Virus record (IMG/VR): IMGVR_UViG_3300025120_014716
Reading direction: 5' to 3' (one strand)
Source: an uncultured virus (IMG/VR IMGVR_UViG_3300025120_014716)
Lineage: Duplodnaviria > Heunggongvirae > Uroviricota > Caudoviricetes
Length of the DNA: 64,000 nt
The notes beneath the pieces were generated by a model, which was given only the letters and a program-made list of their open reading frames with translations, did not search any database and was not told where the DNA came from. Position 1 is the first letter of the stretch. Each line of letters opens with the position of its first letter. The translations under genes were made by a program, and so were the position numbers. Of this stretch, positions 31,314 through 41,875 are shown in pieces.

Positions 31314-33833
31314 ATGGCAATATTAAATAATAACACTGATCTATTTCTTGGAAAAGCAGAACTTAATAGGCTTATAAAATTCCTGGACCAGGATGGGTTT
31401 AGAGAACTTATGGTCAAAAACTCAGGATCATTTGGTGTTTTGAGGTATGAGGCAGATGCTAATGGTAGCAATTTTAGGGTAGAGCAGGATGTCCTTGGGT
31501 CAGGAAAAATAAAGATAGCAACCAAGTCATTTGCTATTAATAATGCTGCACAGATAATTGTTCAGGATGTTGTGGGTGATGTTGTAGTTCCAAATGACAG
31601 TGCTTTTTACTGGGTAAAAATTTCCCACAGTTATAAAACAAATGAAATTGGTACTGTCAGTGTAGATGCAAACGGAAATCTAACTGGATCAGGTACTGTT
31701 TTTACAGATGTCCTAAGAGGGGCACCAAACTTTGCAAGTAAGATCTCATTTCCAGGGTCATCAGTGAATCCACTGGAGTATGAGGTTGTAGAGGTCCTTA
31801 ATGATAGCACAGTATTGTTGGATGGATCCTTTATTGCAGAAACTAACTTAACATACCAGGTAGTTGGAACATTCACTCCTGGAGCAGTTCCACTGGCAAG
31901 TGAAAAGTATCCTTTTAAATATGATGGTTGCACCTTATCACTGGTAGCAGAGCCATCTTTAAACACTGCACCTACCAAGTCAGATGGTTTGGAGTTTTTT
32001 ATAGCCAGGTGTCAAAATGTAGGTGGTACGGTATCCATTGAAGATAAAAGAACAGAGTTCTGGAAGTCTTCAGCAGAGTTTAAGTTAAATAATATAATAA
32101 AAGCAGCCAATCCTTTAATTGGGGTTGAGTGGGTAAAGTATTCTGAAAAGTCTACAGCCAGGGATAAAAATATTGTAAATGTTGGTTGGGGTTTAAGAAG
32201 TAATGTTTGGACCTCAGATTCACAGGCAAGGACTATAACATTTTCAGGATCAATAGATTCAGGTAAGTATAAAACTACAAGTCAATTTTCAGATGATGAG
32301 TTAAATGGTTGGAGGGTTTATTATAAGGATGGGTCATATAGTGAAATATACGATTCCACACTTGTAGGATCAGATATTAAGTGTTTTCTTAAGTCACATG
32401 ATCCAAGCAAACTAACCGTTGGTGATGAGTTGACTATTTCTCCCTCAGTTGATGAGGTGGAAATTAAGGCTATAGGTGATGGAGGTGTTGTTAATGTAGT
32501 AGACTTGCAGGTTTCTTTTCCATCTTCATGTGGTTATGGTCACCTAAATTTACCAGTCCCATCAAATGGATACAAGTATGTTATACAATACAGGTACCAT
32601 AAGTCTGGTGAGTCAACTCAGTGGTTAGACATTCCATCAGATACTGCAAATGGTTTTTACAATGAGGTACAGTTTGATGATAACGGTGACCTTATTTCAA
32701 GTCCAGTAAGGTCTGTTTATACAAGTTCAAATCCTGCAGGGTTTATTCCAGTACTGCAAGATGCAAGTTCTTACAAATTATTCACTGCATCTCTTAAAAC
32801 AGGTGATGTGTTTGGGTATGGAACTTTTGAGTTGGATAATGGGGCACCAGGAAACACGTTTGAGGTTGGTCTTGATCAGTCAGTACAAAGATGTAAAGGT
32901 GTCAGAGGTGGTGGTGGAATGACAGTAAACCACATAATAGGTCTTAAAAAAGCAGGGGCACTAATTGGAAACTCATTCACTTTTATATTTGATGTAGGTA
33001 TTAATGATGCAGGTTTCAGTCTCACTGTAAATGATGACTTTACTGCCTACTTTACTCCAGGTACTGTAATTAGAACCTTTTCTGTAGATGAGATGGACTT
33101 TCCTCATTTGACAGGTAAATCAATTGTTCTTAGGTGTACATTTAATGGTTCAGCCTGGGAGGTTTATGAGGTAAATGGCTTGACAGATAAGTTGGGAGAC
33201 ATAAAGATGCTATCTAATGTTGATATGGCAGACTTTTCTTCAGGTAAAGCAATATTAGGTACCAGGCACCAAGGTTGGGCACTTTGTAATGGGTCAAATG
33301 GGACTCAGGACTTAAGGCAAAGGTTTATTGGAGGTGCAAATTATGGTACTCCAAGAGGTTCAAGTTATGGAACTTATCTGACAGCAGAGTTTGATAATGT
33401 TGGAGATACCTTTGGAACACATTCTGTATTACTAACAGGTAAACAGTCAGGTATTCAAAGGCACAGGCACCAAGCAGGTTCATTGCAGGGTCCTGACCAC
33501 AAACATAATTTTTCAGGTGTAACTACAAATGATACCAAGTCAGAGCATACCCATCCAGGTTTTGATGTTTCAAAAAACTCTGGAGGTGATAGTCGGGTTT
33601 TTGTAAAAGGAGAGAACTATGATACAACAACCGATAACTTTACAGGAAGTGCAGGATCAAGTCATCAGCATAACTATGCAGGAAAGACAGACTTTGGAGA
33701 TACCAGAATTATAAGTGGTAAAACAGAGTTTGAACCATTGGTACAACTTGATGGGAAAGATGCAATAGATCACCATGAAAGTAGACCAGAGTATATGGTT
33801 TTAGGGTTTGTTCAAAGAATTAAACAGTCATAA
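31314..33833 (+). CDS. Tail fibre/baseplate protein with tail-collar domain and HxH tip
   Basis: GWALCNGSNGTQDLRQRFIGGA collar motif; HRH/HKH/HTH/HQH; C-terminal HESRPEYMVLGFVQRI. Confidence 0.8.
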   Translation: MAILNNNTDLFLGKAELNRLIKFLDQDGFRELMVKNSGSFGVLRYEADANGSNFRVEQDVLGSGKIKIATKSFAINNAAQIIVQDVVGDVVVPNDSAFYWVKISHSYKTNEIGTVSVDANGNLTGSGTVFTDVLRGAPNFASKISFPGSSVNPLEYEVVEVLNDSTVLLDGSFIAETNLTYQVVGTFTPGAVPLASEKYPFKYDGCTLSLVAEPSLNTAPTKSDGLEFFIARCQNVGGTVSIEDKRTEFWKSSAEFKLNNIIKAANPLIGVEWVKYSEKSTARDKNIVNVGWGLRSNVWTSDSQARTITFSGSIDSGKYKTTSQFSDDELNGWRVYYKDGSYSEIYDSTLVGSDIKCFLKSHDPSKLTVGDELTISPSVDEVEIKAIGDGGVVNVVDLQVSFPSSCGYGHLNLPVPSNGYKYVIQYRYHKSGESTQWLDIPSDTANGFYNEVQFDDNGDLISSPVRSVYTSSNPAGFIPVLQDASSYKLFTASLKTGDVFGYGTFELDNGAPGNTFEVGLDQSVQRCKGVRGGGGMTVNHIIGLKKAGALIGNSFTFIFDVGINDAGFSLTVNDDFTAYFTPGTVIRTFSVDEMDFPHLTGKSIVLRCTFNGSAWEVYEVNGLTDKLGDIKMLSNVDMADFSSGKAILGTRHQGWALCNGSNGTQDLRQRFIGGANYGTPRGSSYGTYLTAEFDNVGDTFGTHSVLLTGKQSGIQRHRHQAGSLQGPDHKHNFSGVTTNDTKSEHTHPGFDVSKNSGGDSRVFVKGENYDTTTDNFTGSAGSSHQHNYAGKTDFGDTRIISGKTEFEPLVQLDGKDAIDHHESRPEYMVLGFVQRIKQS

Positions 33834-33836
33834 AAA

Positions 33837-34388
33837 ATGAAAATATACTATACAGGAGCAAATGAAAATAATGAGGCACAGCCAGATCCAGAAAAGTCTC
33901 TGGGAGGTTTTATCTCTTCAACAGCAACTCCAAACGATTTGGCTAATAACTTATTTGGTGACATTTCAAAATATACCATTGATAAAAAGTTAAGAGAGAC
34001 CAAGGCATTGATACTTAAAAATGATACAGGTAGTACAGTAACAAATCTTAATTTATACTTTACTATTCCTGCAGGAACTTATTGCAAGTTTGAGGTAGCT
34101 GCAGTAACGGTTACTCCAGATGCAAGTGGTCATGTCTATATGGAAAAAATAACTTCATTTAGAGGTACTCCATATTCAGGTGCATTTACAGAGGCAGATG
34201 GAGTGTCAAACCAGGTGTTACTTTCATCATCATTTACAAATAACTCCTACCTTGGTTTATGGTTTAGAAGGACTATTTTAGACAATGTTAAAGATAACTT
34301 TTCATGTGATCAGTTATACACAGATCACCAGGCATCCACAGAACTTCCATCAAGTGGTCATGTTGATATAGTCCTGGACTGGACATAA
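33837..34388 (+). CDS. Structural protein at end of tail module
   Basis: QPDPEKSLGGFISST...NLFGDIS...GLWFRRT; precedes a terminator. Confidence 0.55.
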   Translation: MKIYYTGANENNEAQPDPEKSLGGFISSTATPNDLANNLFGDISKYTIDKKLRETKALILKNDTGSTVTNLNLYFTIPAGTYCKFEVAAVTVTPDASGHVYMEKITSFRGTPYSGAFTEADGVSNQVLLSSSFTNNSYLGLWFRRTILDNVKDNFSCDQLYTDHQASTELPSSGHVDIVLDWT

Positions 34389-34414
34389 GCAATATTTAAA
34401 ATAATGTTTTTTAT

Positions 34415-34445
34415 AATAGGTCAATTTAGTTGACCTATTTTTTTT
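34415..34445 (+). terminator. Terminator at the end of the virion module
   Basis: AATAGGTCAA-5nt-TTGACCTATT followed by a T run. Confidence 0.75.
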
Positions 34446-34491
34446 GATGTACGTTTTTTATGCTTACATTTAAGGTCTAAACTTATAAATT

Positions 34492-35100
34492 TTGAAAATA
34501 AATTCAGAAATATACAAGTTATATGAAATTTTTACAAAAGCATTCTATGGTATTGATAGGTTCAATTATAAAAAAACAACCTCTTCAGATAAAACTATAG
34601 ATAAATTTTTATGTCTCTTTGAAAAGAAAGGCATAAGAAGACAGTCCTTGGGTTTAAATTTTCTATACGATTATTTTTGCTACACTTACAATTACTACCT
34701 GACTATGGAAATAACCAGGAAGACAGTTCCTTTAAATTGGATAATTGGAAAGAAAATGGTGTGCAGGTGGAATGATAAAATTGACCAATATAGATTTTTA
34801 TACGGTAGTGAATTATTAAAGCAAAGAAGTATTCCAAGTTTATTCCAAGTTATGGAAATCCTGGAAGGACCTACTGAAATTGAGGAGACTCCATACCATG
34901 AGGAGGTTGAGAGAAAACGGTTTTATAATACTCCAGATGGATTTTTAAACTGTATTCTTTCTACAACTCTGTGTGATGAAAAAAGCAAACTATGCATGTC
35001 ATGTGACAGTAAGGATGAATGTATTGATGAGTTAAAGCAAAGGAATAGGACTCTTTATATAAAGAGGTTTGTTAATTTTAGTAAAGGGCAGGCATTTTGA
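34492..35100 (+). CDS. Hypothetical protein with Cys-rich C-terminus (TTG start)
   Basis: 202-aa ORF; C..STTLC...LCMSC....C. Confidence 0.6.
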   Translation: MKINSEIYKLYEIFTKAFYGIDRFNYKKTTSSDKTIDKFLCLFEKKGIRRQSLGLNFLYDYFCYTYNYYLTMEITRKTVPLNWIIGKKMVCRWNDKIDQYRFLYGSELLKQRSIPSLFQVMEILEGPTEIEETPYHEEVERKRFYNTPDGFLNCILSTTLCDEKSKLCMSCDSKDECIDELKQRNRTLYIKRFVNFSKGQAF

Positions 35101-35537
35101 AAAAAGGAAAACAGTTGGTTTCAAAGGTTTCACTTAAGTCAAATACTGCACTTAAGTCTTCAGGTCCACTGAGTCCAGGAACCTCTACTTTAAAAAAAAG
35201 CAAATTAAATCCTGTGAGTGTAAAGATGAAGGCAACTTTGTCTGAGTACATCCAGGTAAAGCGTAACAAGGTTAAAAATGAGAGTTCAGAGTGTAGGGGT
35301 TGTGGATCTACAGGGGCATCTCCAAACTCACATATAATTCCCAGGTCCAAAAGAGAGGATCTTATTTCAGATCCAGAAAACATAACCTGGCACTGTAGAA
35401 AGTGTCATGATATATGGGATGGTTCTGACTGGAAAAAAAAGAAATTAATGAATGACTTTAATTCAAATATGAAGTACATAATGGATGAAGATCCAGAGTA
35501 TTACAATTTGTTAATTAACAAATCAGAAAATAAATGA
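35097..35537 (+). CDS. HNH-type nuclease domain protein
   Basis: CRGCG...SHIIPRS...NITWHCRKCH. Confidence 0.75.
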   Translation: MKKGKQLVSKVSLKSNTALKSSGPLSPGTSTLKKSKLNPVSVKMKATLSEYIQVKRNKVKNESSECRGCGSTGASPNSHIIPRSKREDLISDPENITWHCRKCHDIWDGSDWKKKKLMNDFNSNMKYIMDEDPEYYNLLINKSENK

Positions 35538-36028
35538 AAGGCTTAAAAGAGAGTTCAGAGTGTTATGATCTAATTAGTGAAGGTGGAATATACCCTATTT
35601 CAAGTGTAGATGCCAAAATAATCAAGAGTTTAATAGAGATCCTAAAAGATATGGATGTCAACTCTAAATTGATTAAGGTTATTAAGGGGTGGAAAAATAT
35701 GCCAGATGAAGATCTTATTCAGGAACTTTCTCAACTGTCTGATGACCTGGAACAGAATCCTGACAAAAATAAGTCAGCAAAAATTGACTTTGTTAGAGTT
35801 AATGGATCCAGTTTAAAAGTACAGACTCTTTTTAGTTTTGAGACAATTGATGACTATAATTATGAAAGGGTTAGACCTGAGTATAAGATTATAGTCAATA
35901 AGACAGACAATACAAGTCTTATCAATGGGAACAAGGAACTAACATATTGTAATCCTATTGATAGAGACCTGGACCTTCAAGTTTTGGAGGATAAACTAAA
36001 GGAGTTCACTAACATAAGATTTTTGTAA
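35534..36028 (+). CDS. Hypothetical protein
   Basis: ORF with overlapping start/stop coupling on both sides. Confidence 0.6.
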   Translation: MKGLKESSECYDLISEGGIYPISSVDAKIIKSLIEILKDMDVNSKLIKVIKGWKNMPDEDLIQELSQLSDDLEQNPDKNKSAKIDFVRVNGSSLKVQTLFSFETIDDYNYERVRPEYKIIVNKTDNTSLINGNKELTYCNPIDRDLDLQVLEDKLKEFTNIRFL

Positions 36029-36267
36029 TGAAAAATAAAATAGAATTAACAGAAGGGAAAGACATGACCTTGGATAAATTTGTGGGTTGGCTAAATGAAA
36101 AATTTGGTAGTAAGGAAAGTGGTAAGGAGTTCACAGCACAGGATGCATATGGATATGTAAAAAGAGGCTCAATACCACTATCTTATGGCTTATTTAAGTT
36201 AAGGCAGGTTGACTATCCAAAGGTTGGTATTAAATTGATTAGAATAATAGAGTTATCTGAAAATTAG
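36028..36267 (+). CDS. Small putative HTH DNA-binding protein
   Basis: TLDKFVGWLNE...FTAQDAYGYVKRGSIP resembles MerR/Xis-type HTH. Confidence 0.4.
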   Translation: MKNKIELTEGKDMTLDKFVGWLNEKFGSKESGKEFTAQDAYGYVKRGSIPLSYGLFKLRQVDYPKVGIKLIRIIELSEN

Positions 36268-36270
36268 AAA

Positions 36271-36906
36271 ATGAATAAAAAGATAGTAAACGGTCAAAAT
36301 TATATAATTTTTGACCTTGAGACAGGTGGGTTAGACTCTTCTAAGCATGCAATAACAGAGGTAGCTATGCTTGCAATAGATGGGGTTACCCTGGAAGAGA
36401 TTGACAGGTACAGTACATTTGTTCAACCATATGGATTGGAGTATGAGCAGGAGGCATTTGACATAACAGGAATAACCATGGACATGATTAATACTGGTAA
36501 AGCAGCCAGGCAGGTTTGTAATGAAATGGTGAAGTTTTTTAAGTCAATAGGAACTGGTAGAAAGAAACCAATTTTATGTGGACATAACATAATTTCATTT
36601 GACATACCATTCTTGGATAATTTGTTTAAAACATATAAGAAGGACCTATTTAAAACTGTCAATGAGCATGAGTTTATGGATACAATGTGGATGTCCAGGC
36701 ACATATGGACAGATCCTTCTATGAAACACAATTTAACCGTTGCCTGTGAAAGGGAGGGGGTTGAGATCATAGATGCACATAGGGCAATAAATGATGTTGC
36801 TGCAAACACTGAATTGCTCAAGTCTTACTTAAAAAGGCTCAGGGGTGCAGGTGAAATATCTACAAATAATGATCAACATAACTACAGAGATACGTTTAAT
36901 TTTTAA
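36271..36906 (+). CDS. dnaQ: DEDDh 3'-5' exonuclease (Pol III epsilon-like)
   Basis: FDLETGG, GHNIISFDIPFL, MDT, AHRAIND. Confidence 0.9.
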   Translation: MNKKIVNGQNYIIFDLETGGLDSSKHAITEVAMLAIDGVTLEEIDRYSTFVQPYGLEYEQEAFDITGITMDMINTGKAARQVCNEMVKFFKSIGTGRKKPILCGHNIISFDIPFLDNLFKTYKKDLFKTVNEHEFMDTMWMSRHIWTDPSMKHNLTVACEREGVEIIDAHRAINDVAANTELLKSYLKRLRGAGEISTNNDQHNYRDTFNF

Positions 36907-36908
36907 TT

Positions 36909-37223
36909 ATGAAAGAGGACTTAAGAAATGATGAACTGACAGAGTTTTTCAAAAAGAAAGAGAACCAGGAGACAGTCCTGGAGATAGTAAGGCAAATGAG
37001 AGGTGTGTTTGGCAGAGAGTGGTTTACATTTAATCAGTTGAGTGGTGTTTTCAAAAATGACTCCACTGAAAAGTTAATATACATTGTAAGAATTTTATTT
37101 TTGTGTAAGTTTATCAGGTCAAAAACTATTAAGGGTATAGAAAGGTATAGGGTTTCAATGGCTGAGATAGAAAAAGTTTTTAAACAAATAGAACAAGATA
37201 AGGAAGAGGATGTTGCTAAGTGA
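36909..37223 (+). CDS. Hypothetical winged-helix-like protein upstream of terminase
   Basis: WFTFNQL...helix...FIRSK....RYRV; overlaps terL start. Confidence 0.5.
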   Translation: MKEDLRNDELTEFFKKKENQETVLEIVRQMRGVFGREWFTFNQLSGVFKNDSTEKLIYIVRILFLCKFIRSKTIKGIERYRVSMAEIEKVFKQIEQDKEEDVAK

Positions 37224-38862
37224 TAAGTACACAGTAAAGCAGGCAGAGGACATAATATCATTTAATGAGGACATAATATCAAACATGGATGAACATGCCA
37301 TGAAGATATTGATGTCTGGTGATGAGGCTGATGTTGATAGAATACTTAAGATAATGTTTGAGGAGGCACATTCTATTTTGAATATGCCAAACAGGAGAGT
37401 GGATCCATCAAAAATAGAAAGTCTTGATCCACTGGTTGAGGTTTTGGAGGATACCTTAAGAAAAGCAAGTTTGAGTTATTTTATTCTTGCAACAATGCCA
37501 GACTTTGATATTAACTGGCATCATTTAGAGTGGGGGAACCTGGCACAAATATATCCTCATCTTGGAATAGAGGCAGCCAGGGGTCATGGTAAGTCTTTCT
37601 ACTTTTCAAAAGTATTTCCTCTCTGGAAAATGTACAGGTACATGAAAAACACTTCCCTTAAAAAGGCACCAAAGGACCTGGCTTTTTGTAAAGAAGGTAT
37701 GATCATAACCAATGAATACAAACTTGCAAATCACCTTTTGGGAAAGGTAAAGGAAGAGATAGAGGAGAATGATATTCTTAGGTCAGTACTCATGCCAGAT
37801 AAAAGAAGTGATGGATGGGCAGCAGAGGGCATAAAGTGTAAAAATGGTGCCATTCTTTCTGCAAAGTCAGTTGGTAGTAAGATGAGGGGTTTTCATCCAA
37901 ATTACATAATATGTGATGACTACCTTAATGATCAGGTCCTTTACTCAATGGAGCAAAACAAAAAGTACATAGATCATTTTTTCTCAGTAACAATGAACTT
38001 ACTGGAACCAGGAGGTCAAATTGTGGTTGTAGGTACTCCATTCAGAAAAGATGATCTATATGCTGAGTTGAAAAAGTCAAGTCTGTTCAGGATGTTTGAG
38101 TATCCAGGAATATTTCCAAACGGTAGGGCACTATGGCAGGAAAGGCACTCATTTGAATCTTTGTTGGAAAAAAGACAAATGTATGGAAGTGTTGTTTTCT
38201 CAAGAGAGATACTGGTTAGACCCATTTCTACAGCATCATCATTATTTCCATACCCAGTGATTAAAGAATGTTTTAATCACAATACCAGTATAATTAAAAA
38301 CATACACTCTTCCAGAGAAAAATTTAAGAAGGTTGTTATAGGTTGTGATTTTGCTATATCAGCAAATATTGGTGCTGACTTTTCAGTATTCACAGCAGTA
38401 GGTTTGGATGAGAGGGACCACTATCACATCCTGGACATTTGGAGAAGGCAGGGTGCCACATATGATGAGCAAGTTGGGGCAATTAAAAAAATGTACCAGG
38501 ACTTCAAGCCAGATGTATTGTTGGTTGAGGATAATGGTATGCAGAAAATATTTGTCCAAATGTTAAATGATCAAGGTGTTCCTGCCCAGGGGCAAACAAC
38601 CTCATCAAAAAACAAATATGATCTTCACCAGGGTATTCCAAACTTAGCAGCATTATTTGAACAAGGAAGGATTCATATACCAAGAGGTAACAAGATGAGT
38701 GAGGATCTTACAGACATCCTGGTACAGGAACTGTCTACTTTTACATGGGATGACAGTAAGGGTAAGATCCAGGGTGTTGGAGCACATGATGACTGTCCAA
38801 TGAGTTTGTGGATTGCAATAAAAGCTACAAAAATTGGATCTTTTAATTGGTCATTCCTTTAA
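37210..38862 (+). CDS. terL: Terminase large subunit
   Basis: Walker A AARGHGKS, Walker B IICDD, VVGTP, nuclease IGCDFA and HDDCPMS. Confidence 0.92.
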   Translation: MLLSDKYTVKQAEDIISFNEDIISNMDEHAMKILMSGDEADVDRILKIMFEEAHSILNMPNRRVDPSKIESLDPLVEVLEDTLRKASLSYFILATMPDFDINWHHLEWGNLAQIYPHLGIEAARGHGKSFYFSKVFPLWKMYRYMKNTSLKKAPKDLAFCKEGMIITNEYKLANHLLGKVKEEIEENDILRSVLMPDKRSDGWAAEGIKCKNGAILSAKSVGSKMRGFHPNYIICDDYLNDQVLYSMEQNKKYIDHFFSVTMNLLEPGGQIVVVGTPFRKDDLYAELKKSSLFRMFEYPGIFPNGRALWQERHSFESLLEKRQMYGSVVFSREILVRPISTASSLFPYPVIKECFNHNTSIIKNIHSSREKFKKVVIGCDFAISANIGADFSVFTAVGLDERDHYHILDIWRRQGATYDEQVGAIKKMYQDFKPDVLLVEDNGMQKIFVQMLNDQGVPAQGQTTSSKNKYDLHQGIPNLAALFEQGRIHIPRGNKMSEDLTDILVQELSTFTWDDSKGKIQGVGAHDDCPMSLWIAIKATKIGSFNWSFL

Positions 38863-38900
38863 AAAAATATATTTTTACCAAAATTGAAAAAAGATTGTAA

Positions 38901-40247
38901 ATGTCAAGATTGTTAAATGAAGACTTCTTATTGGAGTTTTTCAAAAGTTGTTTGGCAAGTAGTTCTGTCCTGGAGACAGGAATTGCTCACTTAAAGCCAA
39001 CATATTTGCCAAGTAAGCACTATAAGTCACTTTGGCAAGGTATCCAGAACCATTATAAGGTACATACAGCACTTCCAACAATAGGAATATTGGGTCAGAT
39101 GTTTGCTGACAGTGCAGAGGTGCTCAACCTTCTTTCAAACATGAAAGATGTTGGAATGCCAGAAAGAGATCCTTTAATAGATCAGTTGGAGAAGTACATC
39201 AAAAATGCTAAGTTTAGAACAGCATATGATGAGTTGTACCAGATCTTTTCCTCTGGTGAGGAGGATAAGGCTTATAAAGCCATGGAAGAGTTTGCAGAGG
39301 ACCTTACAGGGTTTTCAATTAAATCACATTACTTTGATAAGGTGTTTGGAGACTTTGAGAAAAGGATGATCTCCAGGGTTCCAAGAGATGAGTCAGCAAA
39401 TGTAAATAATTTTAGGATTCCGTTTGGAATTGATGAGTTGGACTATAGAACCAGGGGAGGCATATCTGCAGGTGATATTGCATGTTTATTGTCACAGTCT
39501 GGAGTTGGTAAATCAAAAGTATTAAAATGGATAGGAGTTAATGCAGCCAGATTAGGGTATAGGGTTGCACATTTCCAGGCAGAGGGAACCAAAAGTGAGG
39601 CACTGGACTTATATGATGCAACCTGGTCTGGAGTACTATTGCATTCTTTAGAAGAGGGTGCAGTTACTGACATACAAAAGGTAAGGATAGACAAAACAAT
39701 AAGTAACCTTAAGCATTTGGGTGGTGAAATATATGTTGAGGCATATGAGCAGTTTGGAACTGCATCCATGTCAGATGTAAGAGAGTCAATAATCGAGTTG
39801 GAAAAGACAAATGGTAAAATTGACTTGGTTTTAATAGATTATTTGGAAAAATTAGATCCTGGAGATGGTAGGTCATATAAGGTTGAGCAGGAAAAAGCCA
39901 GGAGAGAGGCAATAGCACAAAAAATGAAAAACATTGCAGTTGAGTTTGATACCAGGATAGTAACCTGTACCCAGGCACATGGTATTGATCAGTCACTACT
40001 TGATAAACCAGAGTACTACATGACAAGATTCAATACATCTCAAGGTAAGAACCTGGTGGACCCATTTTCATTTTTTATTACAATGAACCAGACTCCAGAT
40101 GAAAAGAAGAAAGGCATAATGAGATTGTATATGGATAAGATCAGAAAATATAAATCTGGTCAGTTAATTCATATATATCAAAACTATGACTATGAGAAAT
40201 TTTATGACAGGCTAAAAACAACAAAGGAGTTTTATAAACCTAAATAA
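38901..40247 (+). CDS. dnaB: DnaB-like (SF4) replicative helicase
   Basis: GIDELD...GG, SQSGVGKS, LVLIDYLE, MKNIAVE...TCTQ. Confidence 0.88.
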   Translation: MSRLLNEDFLLEFFKSCLASSSVLETGIAHLKPTYLPSKHYKSLWQGIQNHYKVHTALPTIGILGQMFADSAEVLNLLSNMKDVGMPERDPLIDQLEKYIKNAKFRTAYDELYQIFSSGEEDKAYKAMEEFAEDLTGFSIKSHYFDKVFGDFEKRMISRVPRDESANVNNFRIPFGIDELDYRTRGGISAGDIACLLSQSGVGKSKVLKWIGVNAARLGYRVAHFQAEGTKSEALDLYDATWSGVLLHSLEEGAVTDIQKVRIDKTISNLKHLGGEIYVEAYEQFGTASMSDVRESIIELEKTNGKIDLVLIDYLEKLDPGDGRSYKVEQEKARREAIAQKMKNIAVEFDTRIVTCTQAHGIDQSLLDKPEYYMTRFNTSQGKNLVDPFSFFITMNQTPDEKKKGIMRLYMDKIRKYKSGQLIHIYQNYDYEKFYDRLKTTKEFYKPK

Positions 40248-40254
40248 TTTATAG

Positions 40255-41283
40255 TTGAAGTTTTCACAGGAAATAATAGAGTCACTGATTGACAATTGTC
40301 AACCTGATCATAAAGGTAAGAATCTTTATGGTACATGTCCCTGGTGTGGTGAGGATGAGTTTGGGATCTCCCTGGAAGAGAATCACCTTTATGGGTGTTT
40401 TAGGGGAAAGCATTGTGGTGAGTCTGGCAATATATTTAAGTTACTTGCATTTCTTGACAGAACTGATCTAATAAAGGACAAAGATGGTTGGAAGGAAACA
40501 GATGTTTTTGAAAATATCACAAATCCATTTATGGAGTTAGACAGTGAAGAGTATGAGGAGTTGCCAAAAATTTCACCTCCTGCAGGTTGGAGGAGAATAG
40601 AGAGTCATGATTATTTAAAGGGTAGAGGCTTTACTGATGCCCAGTTTAAAAAGTATCCAATTGGAATAACAAAGCTAACTAAAAAATTTAAGGACTATAT
40701 AGTATTTAAAATAGTAGTGGCAGGAGAGTCCAGAGGCTATGTATCCAGGAGTTTAAAGGAAAAGTCTGAAATTGATATTCTAAATAAAAATATTAAGTCA
40801 AAAAATAGTAAAAATGGCACCAAGACTCCTCTTGTATTGAGGTATATAAACTCAGCAGATACTGACTTCAGTAAAATACTTTATGGCATAGAGGACCATT
40901 TCCCAGGAATACATAAAGGTATAATCATAGTTGAGGGACTTTTTGATAAGATAAACATTGAGATTCAAATGGGGAGTCTTATAAGTGATTTGGGTTTGGT
41001 TGTGTGTTGCACTTGGGGTAAAAAATTTAGTCCAGAGCAAGTTGATGCAGCCAAGGATAGAGGTGTGAAAACTATAATGATAATGTATGATCCAGATGCA
41101 GTTGACAGCAGTTCAAAATATGGACTGGACCTGGAGTTTACATTTGATAAAATAGGTGTGTGTTCATGTCCTGAAGACAAGGACCCAGGAGACATGACTC
41201 AGGAGGAAATATTGGACAGTTTAATTAATTATAAGTCCCCTGTACAATTTTCCCAAAGTAAAATTCAAAAAAGAGACTTATAA
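40255..41283 (+). CDS. dnaG: DNA primase (Zn finger + TOPRIM; TTG start)
   Basis: CPWC...CF...CGESGN, IIVEGLFD, YDPDA, KDPGD. Confidence 0.88.
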   Translation: MKFSQEIIESLIDNCQPDHKGKNLYGTCPWCGEDEFGISLEENHLYGCFRGKHCGESGNIFKLLAFLDRTDLIKDKDGWKETDVFENITNPFMELDSEEYEELPKISPPAGWRRIESHDYLKGRGFTDAQFKKYPIGITKLTKKFKDYIVFKIVVAGESRGYVSRSLKEKSEIDILNKNIKSKNSKNGTKTPLVLRYINSADTDFSKILYGIEDHFPGIHKGIIIVEGLFDKINIEIQMGSLISDLGLVVCCTWGKKFSPEQVDAAKDRGVKTIMIMYDPDAVDSSSKYGLDLEFTFDKIGVCSCPEDKDPGDMTQEEILDSLINYKSPVQFSQSKIQKRDL

Positions 41284-41320
41284 TTATTATTTTTAACAAA
41301 TACAATAAATAAGGATTGGG

Positions 41321-41800
41321 ATGACAAATGGAAAAAAGACAGGCAGGCTATCAAGACTTGAGTACCTGGATGTATTGCAAACAGAGTATGTGGTTGCTGA
41401 GTTAAGAAAGAAAATTTATCCAAAAAAGAAAGACAGGGATTATTTACTAAGGGTCCTGGAGGGAAAAAAAGATAAGATCCAAAATATTTGCATGAAAGAT
41501 GGACTTCCTTCCCTTTTTACAAATGACCTGGTAAGATTGTCATTTTATAAAAGCGTTTATGGTGATATAGGTTATCCTGACTTTCACTATAAAGATGCAG
41601 ACAATAAGGAGGAGTTTTATGAAAGGGATTTTCACTATTATTATTGGAGTGGCACTGACTTTAAGGTTAATGAAAATGGAGAGATAAAGGTGGGAAAACT
41701 ATCCTCAATAGACAGGGATAACTCCATTGTTCACATTAAAATAAAAGGAGACTCTGAGACCAGGCAATTTAAGATGGAGTCAGCCTCAAGGGTAGTTTAG
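41321..41800 (+). CDS. Hypothetical protein
   Basis: Clean ORF between primase and polymerase. Confidence 0.6.
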   Translation: MTNGKKTGRLSRLEYLDVLQTEYVVAELRKKIYPKKKDRDYLLRVLEGKKDKIQNICMKDGLPSLFTNDLVRLSFYKSVYGDIGYPDFHYKDADNKEEFYERDFHYYYWSGTDFKVNENGEIKVGKLSSIDRDNSIVHIKIKGDSETRQFKMESASRVV

Positions 41801-41835
41801 TCACATTTAAAGTTTTTACTTACAGATATAAATCT

Positions 41836-41843
41836 TATATTTG
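41836..41843 (+). promoter_or_regulatory. Bacteroidota-type -7 promoter box upstream of dnaE
   Basis: TATATTTG matches TAnnTTTG, 40 nt before ATG. Confidence 0.55.
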
Positions 41844-41875
41844 TAAGATATTTTTTACCACAAACTTAAACATTA

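Noticed and set aside
21594..33833. Diversity-generating retroelement or invertible fibre cassette
   Set aside because: No reverse transcriptase, no invertase, and no adenine-specific TR/VR pair noticed
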